Origin: Selaginella moellendorffii
Taxonomy: Eukaryota > Plantae > Lycopodiophyta
DNA length: 64,000 nt
Assembly: GCF_000143415.4 (NCBI RefSeq)
Contig: NW_003314314.1
Location: 625,771-689,770 of the forward strand
Direction: 5' to 3'
Shown here: positions 37,500 through 50,018 of the stretch, one piece after another
Layout: the number at the start of each line of letters is the position of its first letter
Numbering within the stretch: the stretch's first letter is position 1
Position numbers and translations under genes: made by a program
The notes under the pieces: generated by a model
Seen by the model: the letters and a program-made list of their open reading frames with translations, nothing else
What the model was told of the DNA's origin: nothing
Databases searched by the model: none

Positions 37500-40400
37500 A
37501 GATGGGAAGCAAGGAAGACAAAATACCACTCCTCAATTTACACATTGCATATATTTTTGTAGGACATCCAATAGGGTCATTTAGGAGAATGAAGGCAACT
37601 TGATCAATTGTGTGAAGGAGAATTGCTGCCAAAAAGAATGCATCCTTCAAGAGGTCTTTAGTTAGGATGTTCTAGATTAGGACATCACTATTAACATCTG
37701 GAAGACCATTTGGCATGTCAAAGAGCATGAAGTTTGTGCTCTTGAGCGGCCGCTTATGAATCTTTTGACAAAAGCGCTCCCACTTTTGCCGGATAGCCAT
37801 ATTCTCAACATCCTCCTTGAAAGATGCCATCAATGAACTGTAGGAGCCAATAAAAATCCCAACTTCACCACGGAATGCCACTGGAGAAACAGGGTGAATC
37901 TAGGGGGAGAAGACAAAGGTAAGATGTGAACTTAAGAAAAATTTATATATTGTCATGTAGCGTGTGGTAGATGTAAGTTCCTTTAGGTCCTCTTCTCAGG
38001 CATCAAGACGAGTTGAAATGAAGTTACTCCCAATAGTTTTTGCTAAAACCATTTTGAGGAACTAAGAAAAGGAGAGAATTAAGAGAAATATACCTCAAGA
38101 AGTGCCTCGGTTACGAGCACATCTTGGACGATTATCATCACTATTGACTAATTCCTCCAAATATGGATTTGCACGTTTTTGTTGAGGTAGAACTTTTTGG
38201 ACATTCTAGTTCTCTTGCTCGACTTTGTCTCGAGGAATTTCTTGCAAGTTGTTCTCACTACCATCTTCACTCTCCTCACCATTGGCACCAACAGTGTCAA
38301 CATTCTCATGGCCATCATTTTTGTCATCTGGCACGTCTTTATTGTTGTCTCTTGCAACCTCTCAGTGGGTTGGTGCATAATTTGGCATCTCCAATTCCCA
38401 AGGACAAGCTCGCTTTAAAGCTGTTGGAAACTTTATTATTGTTAGGTACATGCCTCACCATGCCTCAAGAGTTGTTTGCATACCGGTGTTTCGAGAGAAA
38501 CGCCTCTATATTGGAGATACCTATAATAGAATATAAATAAATTGAGTATAATTGAGAAATTGTATATTACTTGAAAGCCGCTCGCCGCATGAAGTAAGGT
38601 TGGCTAAGTTGTTTATCAAATAGAGTTGTGCTTGTGGCCTTCTTTGGCAGCTAGTCCTCTCCGAGTTTTGTAAGCTTAGTGGTGACGAAGTCCTTAAATG
38701 GAAGTTACTCAGGATCATCCCCTATGAAAGGCACTAGAAACATCTCCCCTTCATATATAGTTTGTGAAATGTGGACGGTCCTCCTCAACATAGTCTCTAT
38801 CATATTGTCCAAACCTTTTTCTCCTTCCCTAAGTATGTTATTGAGGTTGTTTAGAATGTGTATCTATTCTTCATATCTAAGCTTTGACTTTGAGATGTTG
38901 TAAATAATCTCATATAGAGTCTTGCCCACTAAGAAATAACTTTTGTAAGTAACCTTCATGTAAAAGCAAACAATACTTACTTTCATGACAAGAAATTTCT
39001 GTTATGATATCAAACCACTCCTTTGGGCGTCGAGGGTTAGCCACACTAAGTAATTTCTTTACCTTTGCTTCTTTGTGATGTTGATTTTCTTGTCAATTGC
39101 AGCTAAATGTTTCGAGAGTTTTTGATCATTTTTAGCTCGATGTGACTGTGCATATGCATCTTGCCTAACCTTCACCAATGGTTGAAGACAACACAAACAT
39201 TTTATGATAAGAAGTATATTTAGAAGAATATACCTTACTCCACATGGCTATTATAAAAACCACTAGATTCTTGTACCATCTATTGGCATCTTGACAACCT
39301 CATTGATGTTGAATAAGTGATGCTAAATCTTCACCATAGTGGCTATGGATTGCATCCTCATCAAGATTGGCAAGAAACCGGATCTACTCAATATCATGTA
39401 CTAGGCTTTGTTTTTGCACTACAAATTATCCCAGCCTACAAAATATAAATTGTTAAAAGTGATTGAAGAGGAAGAGGTACTTACGTATTAATTTTGTGGC
39501 AAACTATCACAAGCCTTGCCATATCTAGAGATCTTCTCGCGTGTACATATTCAACCAAAACATTGATGTGATAAATAGGATCGTCTCGAAAGTATTCATT
39601 GATGCACTTCATCCATGCATACCAATGATGATTCCTGTTGATAATGTAGAACATTTTCCGACAAATTGTTGAGTCTTATGATGGCTTATAAGCATGTTGT
39701 CAAATTCGTGGGACTTCATTTTCCAAATGTCATCCCAAACCCTCTTAATTTCTACTGACACTAAAAGGGTATTTATCATTCCTGGCTTGAAGATTGAAAC
39801 AAAGAACATACCTATGTTTGTCCCAAGGCCATTCTGTTTGTACAGACTATAGATGTCTATGTTGACAAAGTGAGGTGAAGTAGACCGAACAATGATTATA
39901 TGAGTGAATCAACATAGTGGGATTTTTCAGATCATGTCTCTTGGGCCTTCCCACTTGAGAGACTCTAGAGTCGTGTGAATGGCCTTCTCTTTAGTTTTCA
40001 AAACTGTCTCTTAGAATTGTTTATCTACAATGTGTTCAAGTAACTCCACTTCTCTTTCAACTTCAGCTACACCTCCAATAGCACCATTATCAGATTTAGC
40101 CCCCAGCTTGGGCCCAACACCCCCGTTAAACGCACTTAGACACTGCTCCATATCTGCTATATTTTGCAAATATGTTAAGAGTATTGGCATTTGTGGTTGT
40201 GGCAGCAATGGTAGTGATGACAATAGTTGCAATGGCGTTGGTGGTGGTGATGATGGTGGCAGTGGTGGTGGTAATGATGATGATGGTGGTGGTGATAATG
40301 GTGGTGATGACGGTGGTGGTAATCATGGTGATGAAGGTAGAGGTGCCAATGGTGGTGAAGGTGGTGGCAGTGGTAATGGTGGTGGTGGCAAAAATGGGAG

Positions 40401-40560
40401 TGCATGTGGACTAGAGCTATCTAGTTATGAAGACGGCAAAGTTGTCGCTATCGAAATCTTTATATGAAGGTCAAATTGATTGTCATCCTATATCTCATCT
40501 TCCTCATGTCTTTTTCTCTTTGATCCAATATCCTTATCCTTTTGTTGTTGTTTTCGTTTC
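37500..40560 (-). pseudogene. Decayed multi-exon accessory gene of a Mutator-like element, with Pro-rich N-terminus and ParB/Srx-like motif
   Basis: Frame-corrected text reads MFYIINRNHHWYAWMKCINEY (about 39600-39655). This converts to IIDGNHRW.AW by three G>A transitions. The Pro-rich stretch comes from the GGT/GAT repeat at 40190-40390. Confidence 0.5.
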
Positions 40561-40624
40561 TGAAAATTAAAAAAACTCATTATAAAATAAAAATGTATGA
40601 GAAGTGATTGCATGGTGGTCCACT

Positions 40625-41420
40625 GGGGCACTTGGCATGGGCGAGGCTGTGAAGGGCAATTAGCTAGCATACCAGCCCGCCCCCAATAGCCATGGCCAGA
40701 TTGTACAAAGTGCCCAGCCAAGTGCCTCAACTGGGCATTTGGCGCAAGCGAGGCCATGCCAGGCAATTCGTCAGCGTACTAGCCTGCCCCCAACGGCCAT
40801 GGCCAGCCCGTGTAGAGTGCCCAACTAAGTGCCCAGCCTGGGCACTTGGTGCTGGTGAGGCCGTGCCAGGTGGTTCATCGGTCTACCGGACTGTCCTGCA
40901 CAGCCATGGCTGGCCCCCATGGAGTGCTTGGCCAAGTGCCTAGCCCGGGCACTTGGTGCTGGCGAGGCGATTTATCGGTGTACCAGCCCACCCCACACAG
41001 CCATGGTCAGCCCACACGGAGTGCCCGGCCGAGTGCTCAGCCCGGGCACTTGGTGCTAGTGAGGCCATGTCGGGCGGTTCATCGGCATATTGGCCCACAC
41101 AGCCATGGCTGGCCCGCTCAGAGTGCCTGGCCAAGTGCCCCAACCAGGCATCTGGCACGGGCGAGGCCATGCGGGGCAGTTCACCGGCATACTAGCCCAC
41201 CCTGCACAGCCATGGCTGGCCTGCATGGAGTGCCTAGCCAAGTGCCCAGCCCGGGCACTTGGCGCGGGCAAGGCCGTGCGGGGCAGTTTGCCGGCGTACT
41301 GGCCTGCCCTACACAGCCATCACCGGCCCGCATGGAATGCCCAGCCAAGTACCTGGCCCAGGCACTTGGCGCTAGCGAGGCCATGCGGGGCGGTTCACCG
41401 GCATACCGGCCCGCCCCCAA
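40625..41420. repeat. GC-rich tandem array, about 8 units of roughly 97-107 bp
   Basis: gggcacttgg...gcgaggcc...cagccatgg...ccaagtgccc recurs at about 40627, 40733, 40840, 40947, 41044, 41147, 41253 and 41360. Confidence 0.9.
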
Positions 41421-41879
41421 CTGCCTGACAGCGCGCGTTGCTGGACTGGGCACCACGTGTTGCCGTGCGGTGCACCGCGAGACAATGCACGGCATACCAC
41501 ACAGTAACACACAGAGTACCACCCCGCTCTGCACCGTGCGTTGCTGTGCCGCATGCCGCATGTCTCTGTGCGGTGTGCCTTGCGTTGTCGTGCCCAGCCG
41601 AGTGCTTGGGTCGGTTCACCGGTGTACCGTCCTGCAGTGTGCTAGGCACAGCGGCACTGGGCACTGGGTGTGGCGGCACTGGGCATTGGGTGCTGGGCGT
41701 GGCAGCTGGGCACTTGGTGCTGGGCGTGGCAGAGTTGGGCACAATGGTGTTGGAGGCTGGGCACTGGGCACGGCGGTGCTGGAGGCACTGGGCGCGACGT
41801 GGGCATGGCATGGGCGTGGTGGCACCGGGCATTGCAATGCGGTAGCACTGGGCGCACAATTTTGAAGGATCTGCAATCA

Positions 41880-44400
41880 ATCCTCCCATCTGTGACACCA
41901 TTAATGTTGGATTCAAGTGTCAGTTTTGCAAGAATGCTCCATTGTGTCGTGCCATTTGCGAGGCCAAAATGTACTATTTTCTTCCACGGGATGGAGAGGT
42001 TAGTAGAGCTGCAATATATATTGGCACACACACACACATCCAATGCAGGAAGGGATACAAAGGAGTTCAGTCAACCGTTTCAAAGATGCAGTGTAGATAG
42101 AGACTGTGAGCAACTCATCTGCAACTCCGAAATATGTTCAAAAGACAATGCTCAAGGATTTTATCGCAAGCACTTTACTTGATCCAAACTATAAGAATAC
42201 TCAACTGGATGAGGTTAGCTTGCGGGAGTTACCATGACATGTGCAACCTGCAACTAGCATTAGGAGGTACAAAAATATTATTATATACTTTTCAATAATA
42301 TCTCTCTTATATTTTGTTTTATTTAGGATAAAGTCTTGGATGTGTGAATCTCAAGAGGGGAAACTCCAATCAAAAATCGACTCTATCCTTGAAGTAAAAC
42401 GGACTTGTTCTTACGAGTTTATCCATGAGAGTTTATTTTCAGATCAAGTTGTTAGTGAGCAAGAGCGCCTCTTCATCTTCAAAATGTCCATAGGCCCCGC
42501 CTCTAGTATGGATCTTGTTTCCTGAATGGATATGTCTGGGTCAAATGACCTTGTTAATGCATGGGTACATTTTGACCATATGGAGTGGGTAGTGGGTTGG
42601 ACAACCATGGGAGCTCATATGTATGATTTGAGGTAGTTATTTTTTCTCACTACTTAAAATGGTTTTAAGCATTGCCCTTTTCACAGACTACGTTGTAATT
42701 TAACAAATGCAACAGCAAAGTTTAAAGTACAAGACCAAATGGCTCAAGAAATATTTTGGAAGTCCTTCTTCGACATTATATTGAAGAAGACTAGTAAACT
42801 TGCCAACTTTCACAGTTTCATGGCAGATGGGGCTAGGGCTAATTGGAATGGTGTTCGGGCAGTCTTTGGGAATGGTCAACCCCTAGAAGGTCGTGAGAGG
42901 ACTTGTGAGTTTCATTGGGCTCAGATCCTAAACTAACATTGCCACCTTATCAAGCCAAATTTCCAATTAGCATTTAAGGAGTTGTGCAAACAATGGCAAA
43001 CTACACCTTCTAAAGAAGAGCATGAGGCAAAAACAAACAAGATCTAAATGTGGTGGTATGAAGATGGCCATACAAATGTAAGTTGTTTAGCACAACTTGA
43101 GTCATGATTGGGGTGGTGGGAAATTAAGATGTTCTAATGGGGACATCACTCTTTCCAGGTTGACTTTTCTTTTTTTCCTCTCTTTTTATTGCTTTTTAAT
43201 ATCATCTTTTTACCACTTACAAATCTTGTATACACCCCAACTATGAATCTTTCAGAGAGTAAGCATTGGAGTTGGAGTTCCTCTGAGGCAGGGAAAGGGA
43301 AGATGAGTATATATGAAGCATGCCTATTAGATTTAATACACACTGTAGAGCAGTCTTCAAAAGCCTTGGCATTTGAGGAAGGAAAATACATGGGAACAGG
43401 ACCTTCAATTAAGATGTTACATGATCGGATGAAAAAGAAAATGACTCCACCAACACAAACAATGGTAACTATAGTGGAGGAAGTGGTCTGTGGCACATTT
43501 ATGGAGTACACTCCCCAAGCTTCTATTGGTGACATGAAGACTGTCTGCTCAAAACATCGTTTTTCCTTTGTTGGTGAAGAAGTTGGCATGGATCTTGGAG
43601 CAAAAAGCTCTCATAAGCCTAATGTTAAGTATTATTCTACTCTAAGACATCGCCTCCGAACCAAGCCACCTCAAATGGCTGATGAAGAAAGTGCATTACA
43701 GCAAGTTGAAACTACTTATCATAATGTGGAGCCGAAGCAATAGGCAATTTGTCGAATGTTAGCAAAATCAAATGTAAAGTGTGTGGGGATGCTTCCGAGG
43801 GGCAAATATTAAGCTTGGATCCGTGGTGACAAGTCTACTTCTGTTCCAACCCCATGTTTCCATGGGGAACGAAAGCAAGTAGGATTTTCAAGATAGTGTT
43901 GGCTATATTGCTGCAACATTGATGTCAACTATACAAAACTGTTTGAAAACACTATAGTGACTAAACCTGATGTGGTACATAAAGAATGGTCGGTTGCTAA
44001 TGGGGTTGCACTCACCTCAAATGAGATTAAAAACCTTGAGAAATCTGGTTTCAATCTTGAGAGGAGAGTTAAAGATATGAGTGATAGAACCAAGACTATT
44101 CCTATAGAGATGCATAAGAGGCTAGCAAGAAAAGGTAAAGTAGTTAAATTTATTGGTACCGTCTCCAAGGAGAAGCAAGGTTAAATAAATTTAGCTCAAA
44201 CATTTAAGTGTGAGATTCTTTCCACGAAGTATATCACTACGTTTACAAAGGAGTACCAAAGCGCGAGGAATATGGAAAGGCATATGCTCCAAGTATATGT
44301 ATTACATTTTCATTAACATCTTGCACCAGAATCCTAAAGTAGATATTCATATATACCAAACAAGCCTTACTATTGCCAAGTTGCAGAAAACTTTTGGAGC
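41880..44400 (+). mobile_element. Degenerate Mutator (MULE)-like transposase
   Basis: Reads HFDH...VGWTTMGAH.YD, FMADGARANWNGVRAVFG, RERTCEFHW (CxxH) and TMNLSESKH (catalytic Glu region). Many TGA/TAA stops. Confidence 0.7.
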
Positions 44401-45175
44401 TAACTAGATTTTCCAACACTATTGATGTTTATTCTCTATCAATAATATAAATTTATTATACCTTAGATAATTAATAAAAATGTTTTATTATTTCACTTTT
44501 CATTACATATATTTGCGAGTGTTCTTTTTGCAATACTGCCTATAGTATTTGTGAGTCTCCATTTTTGTTTTTACCATCTCAAAAAATATTTCATGATAGT
44601 CTTTCAAATGTGTGATGTTACAATGTGTTGCGAAAACATATGTACCATCATACTGATCATTGTGAGCATTATCTAAAACACAAACATTACTTCATGAATA
44701 TTACCAATTTGGGTATTTTCTGACAAGAAAGTGAACCAGCATCCTGAGTGGAATATTGTAAAAAAAACTATCTTTGCTTGCTCACTTGGTGTATAAGTGG
44801 AGAGAATGGTGTTCCATGAAACAAGATCTGGCATGGCATCTCGCTAAAAACAACTTACATTTTCATAAAAAATACTTGTTTTGGGCATAGCAGCAATCAC
44901 CGATGTGGTTTCATACTCGATCCAGCATTCTTGATCGATAAACCCAGATTGACATACGATCTCAACATGACGGCCCAGGTAATGAGTCCTTTACAAGGCA
45001 TCCTATCAAAGAAGTGCGTCGAATATGCTGTTCTCCCGGTTAAAATTTCAAACGTGACGAAGATGCCAGCATATGCTCTGGCAAGTCTTAGGCTCGAATC
45101 CAACGCCCAACAGCACAACAATCGCGAATATTCCCCACATTCGAGGGTTTCGAGGGAAGAACAGAGAGCGCAGCG

Positions 45176-46363
45176 ATGGCGGCGAGGGAGCGAAAGCAGG
45201 GGTCGGCGGCGGCGCAGGGATGGAGCGAATTGCCATCGGATCTCCTGGAGCGCGTGTGCCTGCGGCTGTGCGTCGCGGACGTGTGCCGCCTCCGCGCCGT
45301 GTGCCGGGAATGGTCGCTCTTCCTCCGCTCCGCCCAATTCATGCACAACCACGCCACCGCCACCGCGGCAGCCGCCCCGCCCGCGCCCCACCAGCGCTGG
45401 ATCGTCGTCTACACCGACCAGATGTACGCCTTCGTCAATGGCCGCCGCTGGCTGCCCGTCTCCTCCCCGGCGGCGTACCGCCACCACTGCCGGATACCAC
45501 GGCGGCACGAGGAGGAGTACCAGGCGGACGTCGTGGCGGACGGCGCCATGGTTTGCGTGTCGCGGCGGAGCTTGATCAACGACAACTCGGTGAGAGAGGT
45601 ATTTGTCTACAACCCCGTCGCCAAGCTCCGTCTGGATCTCCCCAAGCTCCAGCTCAAGCTAGAAGAAGAAGAAAGCGATCGCCAGGAGTGGCCGAGGTGG
45701 CGGCCGTGGGCTCTCTCCTCCGGCCCCGGGAGGAGCTTCAAGCTCCTCTTCCTCCGCTACCAGAGCTCCCAGTTCTATCTCTTCGACGCCGATCGAGCAG
45801 AGTGGCTCCTCCGGACGATGCCGCGATCGATGATGTTGGAGACGGTCCAGCACGACGACTTCTCCCAGGCCGCGACGTGCATCGCCGGCGTGGCCTACTG
45901 CGTCAACTGGGATCGCAGCGCGGTGCTCACGTACAGCGTGGACAAGGATTCGTGGGGGAAGATCGACACGCCGCTCACTCGCCACTCGAGGAACTATCTG
46001 CTGATCGAGCCGCAGATCGTCAAGGGGCCCAAGCTGGCGCCGATGTTGGTGGCGGGGGTGAGGAAGCGGCGGAACGCGTGGCTCCACCCGAGGTGGCGGA
46101 GGGACGCGGACGATCAGGCGGATGTTGTGAGCATTTGGGAGCTGGACACGGGCTCCATGACTTGGAGCAAGATCTGCGAGAAGGCTTGCGAGCTCACGTC
46201 GTATGCTCTGGCCGGGAACGAGCAGCACATCTTTGTCATCCCCCACGGGAATGGGGAGGTTCTTGCGTATGACACGGCGAGTAAGTTGTGGGAAACGAGG
46301 CCGGCCATCCCTTCGCACGATTGTTTCAGCATGGCCACCTTTTCGCTCGAGGCGAGGTTCTAG
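45176..46363 (+). CDS. F-box protein with C-terminal beta-propeller/kelch-like region, intronless
   Basis: WSELPSDLLERVCLRL...RLRAVCREW F-box motif, followed by FVYNPV and LAYDTASKLW. Confidence 0.9.
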   Translation: MAARERKQGSAAAQGWSELPSDLLERVCLRLCVADVCRLRAVCREWSLFLRSAQFMHNHATATAAAAPPAPHQRWIVVYTDQMYAFVNGRRWLPVSSPAAYRHHCRIPRRHEEEYQADVVADGAMVCVSRRSLINDNSVREVFVYNPVAKLRLDLPKLQLKLEEEESDRQEWPRWRPWALSSGPGRSFKLLFLRYQSSQFYLFDADRAEWLLRTMPRSMMLETVQHDDFSQAATCIAGVAYCVNWDRSAVLTYSVDKDSWGKIDTPLTRHSRNYLLIEPQIVKGPKLAPMLVAGVRKRRNAWLHPRWRRDADDQADVVSIWELDTGSMTWSKICEKACELTSYALAGNEQHIFVIPHGNGEVLAYDTASKLWETRPAIPSHDCFSMATFSLEARF

Positions 46364-46854
46364 CGCAAAGCTTTTCCAGGGTGTACATTACATTTGAGAC
46401 GCAGGAATAAAAGTTTCCTCACAGAAAAAAAAAAAAAAAAAGATTTTGAGATTATTTGCGACTTAACGAATTAATAAGAAATGAACGCCTTAATCGAAGG
46501 CTGATTTCCTCTTCCTGGTCAGCTGGTCAACGCAAAAGAGCTTCTCGGGCTGGCTCCCGAAGTTGACTCTCTGTGCATAAACTTCGACAGTTGACCGTCC
46601 AAAATGGATTGACTGACGGATTTTACGCTTCTTCCCCATGTCAAGATCTTCGCTAATGTCAAACGGTAACTCATGTAAACGCTCGCACTCGGGATCGGTT
46701 GTGTGCTTTGGTGCGGATTCGCCACTCGAACTGAAGAGCTCTACCATCGTTTCTCTCTACCTTGTGATCTTGTGAAGCGCCTCTGGATCGTCAAAGCTCT
46801 CCAAGCACCCAATTTTTCGCTTGAGAAAATCTAGGAAGTTCCTGTCAACATAAG

Positions 46855-46938
46855 TCCCTCCTCCCAGCTCCCCAGAACTGGCAGACACCTCGTAGATCCC
46901 TCCTCCCAGCTCCCCAGAACTGGCAGACACCTCGTAGA
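46855..46938. repeat. Tandem duplication of about 42 bp
   Basis: tccctcctcccagctccccagaactggcagacacctcgtaga occurs twice. Confidence 0.9.
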
Positions 46939-47554
46939 GCCTGAGAATTTGATTACGATTTGAGGGGGGAAATTTTCTTGCTTGTCGCTGCCAGGAAATT
47001 GCAAATGCTCCTCTCGGCAGAGTTCTGCGGCAGGGAAGCGCATGGATGAAAATCCCAGAGGTGTTCCGGTGATCCTAGCATGGAGAGAACCAAATTTGCG
47101 AGAAAAACTTGGAACCAGAGACGGGATTCGAATTCTCCTAGTGCATGAATTCGCATGTGATTTGAAGTCGAAGTTTCTACAAGTCAAAATCATGTCATCA
47201 TTTTTGTTAAACTTCTAAACAGAAGTTTAATGGTTTACTTTAATTTAATACTAATTAAGTAAGTAGACTGTAAAAGAAACATATTTATGTTTATTTCAAA
47301 TACAATTAAAAAACTATAAGGCTTTGGTGGTGGGTTTGAAATTGTAAATCTAGAGAGGAAGAAATAAAGACTATTGGGCTTTGCCACGACATAAAATCCA
47401 TATTAGAAATTTTTCAACATTATCCAGTTCCCAATTTCAGTAAAGTAATTACTGTCAAAGTATATATAGTGTTTTAGATTGTTACATACAGACTATTGCT
47501 ACTTGTTCTTGTGATTTGGCTTCCAATCATGTTTATCAACATCAGCACAAAACT

Positions 47555-48059
47555 CTGCCTCTTCCAGCTATTAAGCTCTTTAAGAACTGCGCCCATTCTC
47601 TTAGCACTGGAACGCTCCATCGGTGAAGGGGCAGAAGGATGGCTGGAACAAGGGGTATCCATCATCGCGTACCCAGCGCCCGGAGTAAATATCGCAAGAT
47701 CTTGGCGGTGGAGGCGATGGCGATGGCGCTGGAGCTGGCGATGGAGATGGAGATCGCGATGGTGATCCGAAATATTTCGGTGCTCGATCTCCACAATTAC
47801 CAAGAGGAGGAGGAGGATTATCATCAGGATTAGCGCCACCGCCAGTGCCTCCTACCCCGCGATCGCCGCCTTCGCCATCGCCATCGCGATCGCCCCGGCT
47901 GAGCCACGCCGTCAAGAATGCCGCATTGGCGGCCCGGGACATGGACAAGTGCCTGGAGAGAAGATAGCAGCTGGTGCTCAAGAGGAACGACGATGCCGCC
48001 AGGACGAGCACGGCGAAGGACACTGCTACTGCAATGGATCCCCATGGAGAGAATTTCAT
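47555..48059 (-). pseudogene. Truncated trichome birefringence-like (TBL) gene: TM helix, Ser/Pro linker and PMR5N domain only
   Basis: CDIYSGRWVRD..YPLF....CPF....FQC*ENGR has a stop in the conserved CQ.NGR motif. No esterase domain follows. Confidence 0.8.
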
Positions 48060-48219
48060 AGGCGCGGAGAGCTACGCGACCGATCGATCGATGGAGTGGG
48101 CTCGCTAGAAATATTTTGCCTGTCGGCAAAACCTCGCGTGACACCTGTCCAGGCGTCGTATGACGTGGACAACGTACTTTTGCTTCCCTGTCCGCCACGT
48201 GGCAAAGCTATAAACCCTA

Positions 48220-49664
48220 ATGGCGCTGCGAGCGCGCGCGGCGGCCGGATTCTCTCACGCTCGTCTCGATTCGAGGCTGTTCTTCCGGGGATCGATTGCC
48301 AGGTCTGGATTTAGCTGCATTGCCACTGCGACTGCGAGCGGCTATGGCTACACGGTGGAATCGTGGAGCGAGACGCCATACTTGGAGCTCGTTCTTGGCC
48401 TCCGCCCCGAGGGGCAATCCATGACAGCGGGCGCTGGATCCACGCTCGCCGCCGTGCGAGCGAAGCGGCCGAATCCAGGATATTACGGCAGGCTCATGAG
48501 AATGCGGCTCGAGAATGCTTCGTCCATGGGGGCGCGCGAGGCGATCTTGGACAAGAAGAGCTACGTGAGGGATTTCGAGAGCTTCTGGATTCCTATGCTG
48601 GGCGATCTCATGGGAGGCGATTATCACCACTACAGTTTAGAGGTACGCAAGAATCTTAGATTTTTTTTCTTATTTTCTAGTTTCTTTTGATTTGCTATGT
48701 TCTTCGTGGCTGTTCTTCCAGCTTTGCTTATGAGTTTCTTGCGTTTTTTGCCATCAAACTTTGGTGTTGTTGGTCGGGATTTCTTTTGGTTTTCTCGTTG
48801 TTTCCGTGCTCGTATCTTTCATGCCTGATCGAGTCTGATCTTGTCGGTGACATTCTTTATTGTCCATCCATCGCGTTCTTATATCACAATCGTGCCAGGT
48901 TTTTACATGGCTCACGAACAATCCAATGGTCCTACTATCGGCCAAGAGACCGCAGCTTGAGCAGCTCTACGCGACGATGATCTCTTACGCCGGAGTCGTT
49001 GGGAGCCTGAGGCTAGCACGCATCTGGTTCGACGATCTCAAAGGCAAGGGGCTCAAGCAATCGACGAGGTGCTGCAACGCCCTCATCCTCGCCTACGCCA
49101 AGAAAGGTGACGCTCAAACCGCGCTCTCCATCCTCGAACAGATGAAAGCCTTCCGCAAGGGGTGCTCGCCAAACGCAGTCACGTACTACATCCTCATCGC
49201 CATGTTTGCGAGGCTGGGCGCCACGCCTGGCAAATCTCCTGGGCGACAGCGAGTGCTCGAGCTTTCGTCCCGACGCCATGACTTACAACACTCTCCTCTG
49301 TGGCTACTCGAAGATGGGAATGCCGGAGGATTTCGACAAGACACACGGGGAAATGGTGGAGGATCTGGAGGAGGAACTTAGCGAGGAGAGCTACAACGCG
49401 TTGCTCGTTGGATGCTCGCGGCTGGATCGTCTCGACGAGCTCCAGCGCTGTGTGGGGGAGATGCTAGCCAGGGAGATGAGTCTGGCATCGCCGGTGGTGG
49501 CGGAGGAGATCGCCAAGGCTTACAGAAGAAATCGATGGGTGGAAGGATTGGACACGGTGATCCAGCTCGAGGAAAAGAGTCCCGGGATTTCTCCAACCTT
49601 CCAAAACTTTGTAAATGCTTGCAATGACGATTTAGAAAAAAAGGAGGCGCTTGTTTCAAGATAA
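48220..49664 (+). pseudogene. P-class PPR gene with one intron and an apparent frameshift near 49225
   Basis: CNALILAYAKKG and PNAVTYYILIAMFARLG lie in one frame, while PDAMTYNTLLCGYSKMG and SYNALLVGCSR lie in another. Intron at about 48643-48898. Confidence 0.65.
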
Positions 49665-50018
49665 CTTTTTTTTCACTACAATCCATGTGATTAACTTTGA
49701 ATACTATTTTGTGTGGTATCTTCCAAGCCTTTTCCAGAATATGGACTCACTGGTTGTGTCCACTGGAAGGATTTCTTTAAAACCATGCTACTGGCATTCA
49801 TGGTATGCCGCAAACAAAAGTTGCGACAAAAGAAAAAGCCAAACAAGAATTTAATAAAAGTTGCAAATTGTAAAAAATTTATTGATACCACTGTCCAGGT
49901 GGAACTTTTGTGCATTCTCTAGTCAATAAGAACGATGACCAGATAATGTTGACAATTTTGAACGTTGACCAGATTCTGGAAATAGATAAATCTTAAACCT
50001 AAACCCCGACCTTTAAAT

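Noticed and set aside
39500-39960. Ulp1 protease as the MULE accessory gene
   Set aside because: No convincing HW/D/QxNxxDCG triad is present, and the DGNHR-like reading fits better.
40625-41420. CRISPR-like appearance of the arrays here and at 62455-62972
   Set aside because: The units are contiguous diverged tandem repeats without unique spacers, there are no cas genes, and the context is eukaryotic.
40030-42182. His-, Gly-, Thr- and Val-rich ORFs and the 339-aa ORF at 40846-41865
   Set aside because: These are alternative-frame products of trinucleotide and GC-rich tandem repeats.
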